DNA of 46,328 nucleotides from a virus: positions 1 to 46,328 of the IMG/VR virus record IMGVR_UViG_3300021060_000001; one strand, given 5' to 3'. The notes beneath the pieces are model-generated. The model saw only the letters and a list, made by a program, of their open reading frames with translations. It had not been told where the DNA came from and did not search any database. A program made the translations under genes and the position numbers. Shown here piece after piece: positions 41,018 to 46,328 of the stretch. Numbering within the stretch: the stretch's first letter is position 1; the number at the start of each line of letters is the position of its first letter.

Positions 41018-41201
41018 GACAGAAATGCTTAAGTCTGCTTCTGATGCCATTGCAGAAACAATTATGTCGTTTGAGGATACTTATAGCACGCAAGAATATA
41101 AATATCAGGGCAAAAGATTTATTGACGTAGATGGGGCCATTGATATCGAGGCAATAGCCTCTGCTGTGATTGCGGCTATAGCTGGAGCGACCGATGACTG
41201 A
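40998..41201 (+). CDS. Low-GC, strongly acidic small early protein (58-67 aa; start at ATG 40998, GTG 41010 or ATG 41025)
   Basis: 22 G+C in the 60 nt 41041-41100. The version from ATG 41025 has 11 Asp/Glu against 4 Lys/Arg in 58 aa. Confidence 0.5.
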   Translation: MEGPVTETEMLKSASDAIAETIMSFEDTYSTQEYKYQGKRFIDVDGAIDIEAIASAVIAAIAGATDD

Positions 41202-41457
41202 GATGCGCGAGTGGTGGGCGAACTACTACCCCGAGGCGGATGGGGTGTTCAAAATTGGCGGCAAGTTCAAGTCGCGGCGTGGCGCTGAGCAGTTTCAGGG
41301 CTATCGCGCCGCATTCCGCATCCACGTCCGCCTCAAGCCTGAGGGCGCGCCGAAGCGGTACATGGGTCCTCGGAACCGCAGGGCGTGGGAGGATATGCCC
41401 GAGGTGTGTCGTAAAATAGTGAAGTGCTACGGCAGAGATCCGAGGGACATCGCATGA
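41194..41457 (+). CDS. Hypothetical basic early protein (87 aa)
   Basis: Overlaps the previous stop. Coding-like frame. Confidence 0.6.
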   Translation: MTEMREWWANYYPEADGVFKIGGKFKSRRGAEQFQGYRAAFRIHVRLKPEGAPKRYMGPRNRRAWEDMPEVCRKIVKCYGRDPRDIA

Positions 41458-41699
41458 CCCGCCTCGGAGAAACCGCCGTCGTGTCCGGCCTCGTCGGCTC
41501 GAACGACGTAATCGACCGCCTGCGCGCCACGAGCGCTTGTGTCATGAAGCTCAACACCAAGCGCGGCGTGATCTGGCACTACAGCGACAATCTCAGGCGC
41601 ATCCGTGCGTCTGTGGCCGAGCGTCTCGTCGGCAAGGGCATCCTCGTCGCGCGTGAGGCGTCAGGGCAGTCGTTTGAATTGGGGGAGAAGTGGAGATGA
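41454..41699 (+). CDS. Hypothetical early protein (81 aa)
   Basis: ATGA overlap at 41454. It is the inner part of track ORF 41424..41699. Confidence 0.6.
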   Translation: MTRLGETAVVSGLVGSNDVIDRLRATSACVMKLNTKRGVIWHYSDNLRRIRASVAERLVGKGILVAREASGQSFELGEKWR

Positions 41700-41839
41700 G
41701 ACCAGATTTCGTTGGGGGCATCGCTCTTGCGTTTGCGATCTTCGTCGCGGCACTGTTCGTCGTCACACTTCCGACATGCGGCCCAAACCAAGTCATGGTT
41801 CGCGGCGTGTTCATGCCGGTGTGTGTCGTCTCTCGGTGA
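41696..41839 (+). CDS. 47-aa small membrane protein candidate
   Basis: I translated it by hand: MRPDFVGGIALAFAIFVAALFVVTLPTCGPNQVMVRGVFMPVCVVSR. ATGA overlap with the previous gene. Confidence 0.45.
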   Translation: MRPDFVGGIALAFAIFVAALFVVTLPTCGPNQVMVRGVFMPVCVVSR

Positions 41840-41895
41840 GCTTGCCCCATCCTGGCGAGGGTGATACGCCTGCGCCTTCCTCCCTGGATCACCTC

Positions 41896-41925
41896 GCCCC
41901 GCCCTCACCGGCGGGGCTTTTCTTT
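41896..41925 (+). terminator. Rho-independent terminator ending the rightward early operon
   Basis: GCCCCGCC-ctcacc-GGCGGGGC followed by TTTTCTTT. Confidence 0.8.
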
Positions 41926-41957
41926 GCGCGCGACGGTGTGTAGATTGGGAAGGTCAC

Positions 41958-42007
41958 GACCTGACACAGGAACGCTGTGGTGGCGCTGCAAAAGGTCAGG
42001 TCTTTTC
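41958..42007 (+). terminator. Second stem-loop of the late leader (GACCTGAC...GTCAGGTC + TTTTC), 29-nt loop
   Basis: Read directly. An alternative small hairpin, GGTC-ac-GACC, overlaps the 5' arm. Confidence 0.35.
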
Positions 42008-42010
42008 ATC

Positions 42011-42053
42011 GAGCCCCGGAAATGCGTTTGGACGCGCCGGGGCTCTTTCATTT
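42011..42053 (+). terminator. Third stem-loop of the late leader (GAGCCCCGG...CCGGGGCTC + TTTCATTT)
   Basis: 9-bp GC-rich stem, 17-nt loop and T-rich tail. Ends 15 nt before the RBS and start of the first late ORF. Confidence 0.55.
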
Positions 42054-42067
42054 CCGAGGGGGAAACC

Positions 42068-42331
42068 ATGGCGTTCGAGAGATCCACACCGCTGGCGAAG
42101 TCGTCGCGTGAGCCGGTAAAGAAGCCGTTCATTCCGCGCGGCCATTTGAACATCAAGCCGGAAGACGTGATCGCGCGACACGCCGATGGAACGGTTACGG
42201 TATCTTCGGCGAACGCTGAGTTCCGCCGCACGTATCACCGGGCCTCACTCGTCGGTGAGGATGCTGAGACGGGATGGGTTACGATCCTGGCCACACCCTC
42301 GACCGTCGTCACTTGGGACTGCATCGCATGA
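42068..42331 (+). CDS. Hypothetical protein (87 aa), first ORF of the packaging/late block
   Basis: GAGGGGGA upstream of ATG 42068. It is the inner part of track ORF 41861..42331. Confidence 0.6.
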   Translation: MAFERSTPLAKSSREPVKKPFIPRGHLNIKPEDVIARHADGTVTVSSANAEFRRTYHRASLVGEDAETGWVTILATPSTVVTWDCIA

Positions 42332-42471
42332 TCGATTTCATGACCGCTCTATCGTCCAACCCATGGACCACGTTCTGGCTTGGCATCATCATCATGAGCG
42401 TGGCATCGTCCGTCAGCACATGCGTTATCGGCATCGTCGCCGCCATCACATCGCGAGCACCGCGTCCATGA
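42328..42471 (+). CDS. 47-aa membrane protein candidate
   Basis: ATGA overlap. WTTFWLGIIIMSVASSVSTCVIGIVAAI is hydrophobic. Confidence 0.45.
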   Translation: MIDFMTALSSNPWTTFWLGIIIMSVASSVSTCVIGIVAAITSRAPRP

Positions 42472-43073
42472 CCAGCCCGCTCGCCAACATCGAGGCCGAA
42501 GAACTCCTCGACGTCCAGCTGACCGACTTGTCCGAGACGGAGCGCCTGTTCGTCATGGCCTACATGCGGACCCGGTCGGCGACGCGGGCCCTGCGTGAAA
42601 CCGGCGTCGAGCGCGCCGCAGCCACGGCGCCCCAGATGCTGAAGCGCGAGCGTGTGCGGACCGTGATCGCGGCCCTTACGGCGCGTCGGATGGAGCGCCT
42701 GCAGGTCACGCCGGCCAAGATCGAGGAGGAGCTTGCCAAGGTCGCGTTCGCCACTCTCGGGGCCGTGATGCGCATCCAGGAGGACGGCACGGCGTATCTC
42801 GACCTGAGCGACGCGGACGACGTGACCCTTGCCGGCCTGAAGTCGTTCAAGTGCGAGATCGAGCACAAGCCCGGCGACGACCCGGACAATCCGAAGGCGG
42901 TCCTGAAGATGGAGGCGCACCTGTGGCCCAAGGTCGAGGCCCTTGGAAAGCTCGCGCAAATCCATAAGATGATCTCGGGCGACACGCAGGTTGCGGTCAC
43001 GGTGGACGTGGCCGACGTGCTACGGGCGCGTAGACGAGCGGCAGCGGGGTTGCCGCCAGTGGAGGGGAACTGA
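42468..43073 (+). CDS. terS: Terminase small subunit (201 aa)
   Basis: ATGA overlap at 42468. LTDLSETERLFVMAYMRTRSATRALRETG resembles the N-terminal HTH of Terminase_2-type small subunits. Lies upstream of terL. Confidence 0.7.
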   Translation: MTSPLANIEAEELLDVQLTDLSETERLFVMAYMRTRSATRALRETGVERAAATAPQMLKRERVRTVIAALTARRMERLQVTPAKIEEELAKVAFATLGAVMRIQEDGTAYLDLSDADDVTLAGLKSFKCEIEHKPGDDPDNPKAVLKMEAHLWPKVEALGKLAQIHKMISGDTQVAVTVDVADVLRARRRAAAGLPPVEGN

Positions 43074-43207
43074 TGACGTTACAGGATTTCAAAAACCAGA
43101 TAGCCGAGATTGTCGCGGAAGCTCTTGCCGATGGCCTGACGCCGGCCGGTCTTCTTCAGGCGGCCCTTGAGGAAGAAGCCCGCACGCTCGACGGTGATGA
43201 CCTATGA
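43073..43207 (+). CDS. 44-aa acidic small ORF candidate
   Basis: I translated it by hand: MTLQDFKNQIAEIVAEALADGLTPAGLLQAALEEEARTLDGDDL. TGATG and ATGA overlaps with its neighbours. Confidence 0.4.
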   Translation: MTLQDFKNQIAEIVAEALADGLTPAGLLQAALEEEARTLDGDDL

Positions 43208-43530
43208 TCGTCTCCGAAGGCGGCACGATCCTCGCCATCGACACGACTGGCGGCATGGTCCTGTTCGAGGGTCCTGACGGCAAGGTCCAGACCGTCCACA
43301 TCAAGCAGTGGTTCGGGGTGAACGGCAAGCAGGTCTCGGGTCCCGAACTCGCGCTCACGTTCGCGTTCGAGGTGGACGGCTTCGACCGGCACGGCATCCC
43401 CGTGACGCAGCGATACGACGGGCGCCTCGAGGGCCTGGGCGCGCCGATCCCCCGGAACGCGGACGGCTCGTTCGGCACGCGCCGGGCGATGGAACTGAAC
43501 GAGCGCGTGATGCGCGATTATGCAAGGTAA
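43204..43530 (+). CDS. Hypothetical protein (108 aa)
   Basis: Track ORF in a coding-like frame. No motif recognised. Confidence 0.6.
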   Translation: MIVSEGGTILAIDTTGGMVLFEGPDGKVQTVHIKQWFGVNGKQVSGPELALTFAFEVDGFDRHGIPVTQRYDGRLEGLGAPIPRNADGSFGTRRAMELNERVMRDYAR

Positions 43531-43540
43531 GGGCACTGAG

Positions 43541-43762
43541 ATGAAGACCCACGCCTCGACGTACGAGTATCTGAAGCCGACCGACGAGCAGATGGAGACT
43601 ATGGCTCGCGTCCGCGCGGCGGCAAAGGCATTCAACGATGTCCTCGACGCCGAACTTCCGGACGGACCCGATAAGACGTTCGTGATCCGGTCGCACCGCT
43701 CGAACGCGATGTGGGCTAACGTCGCGATCACGCGTCAGGCAGACGGCACGCCGCGCGAGTGA
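43541..43762 (+). CDS. Small helical protein (73 aa), paralogue-like to 7722-7973
   Basis: ATG 43541 lies downstream of AAGGG (alternative ATG at 43520). YEYLKPTDEQ...DKTFVIRSHRSNAMWANVAI. Confidence 0.55.
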   Translation: MKTHASTYEYLKPTDEQMETMARVRAAAKAFNDVLDAELPDGPDKTFVIRSHRSNAMWANVAITRQADGTPRE

Positions 43763-45294
43763 GCGAGCTATCCGACCACGATCTCGCAATCGACATGGCG
43801 GACCTGTGGGATAATCCCCTCGGGTTCGTTCTCTACAACTATGGGTGGGGCGAAGGTGACTTACTGCATCACCCAGGTCCCGACGTTTGGCAGGTCGATT
43901 TCCTCGCCGAGTGGGGTGAGGATATCCGCAAACGTGGGTTCGACGGCTCCCGTTCAGTGCTGCCCATGCGGTATTCGACACGCGCTGGTCACGGCGTTGG
44001 TAAGAGCGGCCTCGTGGCCTGGATCGTTGACTTCATCCAATCCACCCGGCCCCATTCCAAGGGCATCGTAACCGCGAACTCGTCGCCGCAGCTTGAGACC
44101 AAAACGTGGTCCGAGATCGGCAAGTGGCACAAGCGCGGCCTGACCCAACGCTGGTTCAACTTCTCGGCATCCAAGGGCAACCTGCGCCGCGTCCACAGGC
44201 AGCATCCCGGCACATGGCGGTGTGACGCGATCCCGTGGCGGAAGGAGACCCCCGAGGCTTTTGCCGGCCAGCACGCGGTGGACAGCACGTCCTACTACAT
44301 CAACGACGAGGCGAGCGCGATCGAGCGCAACATTTTCGAGACGCAAGACGGCGGTCTGACGGACGGCGAACCGATGCAGTTCCTGTTCGGGAATGCCACG
44401 CGAAACAGCGGGTATTTCTACGACACGCACATGAACAGCAAAATCCGGCGCCTGTACCGCTGCTTCAAGGTGGACAGTCGCGAGGCTCGCATCCCGAATA
44501 AAGGCAAGCTCGCGGAGGACGTGGAGACCTATGGCGAAGACAGCGACTATATTCGCGTCAAGATACGTGGTGAGTTTCCCCGGCAGGCCACGGACCAGTT
44601 CATTGCGACGGAAGATGTTGAGTCTGCGCGCAAGCGCGAGCCACTATCGAACATCACAGACCCTCTTATTTACGGCGTTGACATCGGTCATACGGGAGGG
44701 GATGAGACCGTTATTTATCGGCGACGTGGTAACGATGCGCGTACACTACCGCCTGTCATCATGCGTCCGGAAGGTGGTCGCAAAGATTGGCTGATGTTCG
44801 TCGCCGGCAAGATTGCAGAACTCGCACTTGTGGACATGCCCGATGCGATATTCATTGACGGTGGCGGAGTGGGGGCCGGAGTACCGGAGCGCCTTGAACA
44901 ACTCAACGTTCCGGGTGTTGTGCCGATCTATTTCGGAGGGCGCTCGCCGTCGACTAAATACGTCAACCGTGGCTCATATATGTATGGGTGTACGAGGGAA
45001 TGGATTGAAGGCAACGGAGCATTACCTGACGATGACATTCTGCAGGTGCAACTCACAACACGCGAATACTTCTACCACGACGTGAAGAACGCGATCATGC
45101 TCGAAAGCAAGGACGACATGCGCAAGCGCGAGGGCACGACGGGCGGCGGCCACGCCTCGCCGGATCGCGCCGACGCCCTGGCGCTCACGTTTGCCATGCC
45201 GGTCGGGCCGCGCGAGGTAAAGAAGACCCGTGCGGAGTTCCACCGCGAGCCTATGCAGGACACGGAAGACGCGGTATATCGGCCGAGCGTCTAG
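43759..45294 (+). CDS. terL: Terminase large subunit (511 aa)
   Basis: Walker A STRAGHGVGKSG and Walker B YYINDEAS. C-terminal nuclease-like half. GTGA overlap with the upstream ORF. Confidence 0.9.
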   Translation: MSELSDHDLAIDMADLWDNPLGFVLYNYGWGEGDLLHHPGPDVWQVDFLAEWGEDIRKRGFDGSRSVLPMRYSTRAGHGVGKSGLVAWIVDFIQSTRPHSKGIVTANSSPQLETKTWSEIGKWHKRGLTQRWFNFSASKGNLRRVHRQHPGTWRCDAIPWRKETPEAFAGQHAVDSTSYYINDEASAIERNIFETQDGGLTDGEPMQFLFGNATRNSGYFYDTHMNSKIRRLYRCFKVDSREARIPNKGKLAEDVETYGEDSDYIRVKIRGEFPRQATDQFIATEDVESARKREPLSNITDPLIYGVDIGHTGGDETVIYRRRGNDARTLPPVIMRPEGGRKDWLMFVAGKIAELALVDMPDAIFIDGGGVGAGVPERLEQLNVPGVVPIYFGGRSPSTKYVNRGSYMYGCTREWIEGNGALPDDDILQVQLTTREYFYHDVKNAIMLESKDDMRKREGTTGGGHASPDRADALALTFAMPVGPREVKKTRAEFHREPMQDTEDAVYRPSV

Positions 45295-45328
45295 GGGGAC
45301 AGCGCGACACGCCGCAGTTGGGGGCGAG

Positions 45329-46328
45329 ATGTCGCGTTTCACGGATCAGACCACGCAGCCGGCGATCAAGCGCCAGACGAACGATGGTCTTGGCCGTTCT
45401 CCGCAGCAGCAGGCTTTCCGACTTCTCCTGATCGAACTTCTGCGCGAGCTTGGCGGCGGCGGTTCTGGTGGACCAATCACCGCATCGCAGATCATCGACA
45501 GCACGGTATCCGGGCGAGCGATCCTCACCAGCCTGCCGGCAGACGCGCGAACGGCACTCGAACTCGGGACGGCGGCTCGCCTGAACGTCGGCGTCTCGGG
45601 CGGCGTCGCGGCCTATGATGACCCGCGTATCGGTTCTGGCGGCGGCGGCGCGCCGTCTACGGTAACAGCTTCGCAGATCAGCGATAGCAGCACTTCCGGC
45701 CGCTCTGTCCTGACCGGCACAGCCGCGCAGGCACGTGCCGCCCTTGGCATCGCATTCGGCGTCACGGCCGGCACGTACGCAGCGGGTGACGATGCGCGGT
45801 TCGCGGCTATCGGCTCGAACGGCTCGGTGGACCCGAAAGCCTACGGCGCCAAGGGCGACGGCGTGACCGACGACAGCGCTGCGTGGCAGGCCGCAGCCAA
45901 TACCGGAAAGACGATCACGCCGTCTGACGGCGACTACATCATCAACACCACGGTGACGCTGCCGGGGTTCTCTACGATTTTCCGGCCTGGGCACGGCCTG
46001 AACCGCAAAGTCATCATCCGCACCACGGCGAACGTCGACACCTTTGTCGCGACCGGCACCGATGGCAGTATTTCGGGCGTCGCCTTCTACCACACCGGGA
46101 ACGGGCGCTGTTTCAAGCAGGGTAATAACGCGTCCTGGCATATATTTAACTGCTACTTCAACGCCAACAACAATGGCTCCGTGCCGTGCGACATCATCAA
46201 CACAAATGGCCCGTTGAGCCACTACCATCACAATGCGTTTGACAACTTCCGAACTAACAACGACAGCTTCGCAATTGCTATCGACCGACCTGCAAACGAA
46301 CCGATCCACTGCTACGAAAATCATGTCG
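45329..46328 (+). CDS. Tailspike/tail fibre with pectate-lyase-type right-handed beta-helix, N-terminal part. No stop before the window end; continues in frame across the circular junction to 1074 (about 648 aa in total).
   Basis: ATG 45329 lies 35 nt after the terL stop. Two ~33-aa N-terminal repeats (ITASQIIDSTVSGRAILT... and VTASQISDSSTSGRSVLT...). DPKAYGAKGDGVTDDSAAWQAA motif is typical of Pectate_lyase_3 tailspikes. The frame matches ORF 13..1074 after subtracting 46201. Confidence 0.8.
   Translation, partial: MSRFTDQTTQPAIKRQTNDGLGRSPQQQAFRLLLIELLRELGGGGSGGPITASQIIDSTVSGRAILTSLPADARTALELGTAARLNVGVSGGVAAYDDPRIGSGGGGAPSTVTASQISDSSTSGRSVLTGTAAQARAALGIAFGVTAGTYAAGDDARFAAIGSNGSVDPKAYGAKGDGVTDDSAAWQAAANTGKTITPSDGDYIINTTVTLPGFSTIFRPGHGLNRKVIIRTTANVDTFVATGTDGSISGVAFYHTGNGRCFKQGNNASWHIFNCYFNANNNGSVPCDIINTNGPLSHYHHNAFDNFRTNNDSFAIAIDRPANEPIHCYENHV
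46202..46328. repeat. Right copy of the 127-bp terminal overlap
   Basis: Base-for-base identical to 1-127. Confidence 0.95.

Noticed and set aside
45251-46324. 357-aa minus-strand ORF at the right end of the window.
   Set aside because: It is antisense to the plus-strand tailspike ORF, which carries the YGAKGDGVTDD beta-helix motif and continues in frame across the circular junction. The plus ORF is missing from the track only because it has no stop inside the window.

Overview
This window is a complete, circularly closed genome of a GC-rich tailed phage with podovirus-type (T7/BPP-1-like) virion genes. Bases 1-127 are identical to 46202-46328, so the unique length is 46,201 bp. The tailspike gene that runs off the right end (from 45329) continues in frame at the left end (to 1074).

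Late block, plus strand:
- terS (42468-43073) and terL (43759-45294)
- tailspike and fibre/accessory ORFs
- portal, scaffold, major capsid, cement-like protein
- adaptor, a second beta-helix protein, nozzle
- ejectosome block: DUF2833/GNAT-like protein, small core protein, 1076-aa SLT+M15 protein, 2229-aa giant protein
- lysis block: lysozyme/PG-binding/TM protein, 4-TM holin-like protein, TM/coiled-coil protein

Early blocks:
- Minus strand: a RecE-like exonuclease/RecT operon (29204 to 26385).
- Minus strand: a long translationally coupled operon (40308 to 31909) ending in a CHC2-Toprim-VirE primase/helicase.
- Plus strand: HTH regulator, SF2 helicase and VRR-NUC (29276-31662).
- Plus strand: six small ORFs (40686-41839).

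I saw no integrase, CI-type repressor, DNA/RNA polymerase, tRNA, CRISPR array or reverse transcriptase.

Most interesting observations:
- A small protein heading the recombination operon ends in an SSB-like acidic ...IPF C-terminal tip, and RecT also ends acidic+Phe.
- A 56-aa Walker-A-only mini-ORF overlaps the lysis block convergently.
- The giant injected protein carries an HExxH zincin motif.
- A palindromic operator family, TTGAYS-N3-CGTCAA, is confined to the early region.
- An AT-rich repeat-bearing divergent control region lies next to a low-GC acidic early ORF.
- The late-operon leader has three stem-loops.
- An ejectosome gene probably starts at ATT.

All functional calls rest on motifs I recognise by eye. 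No database search was run.
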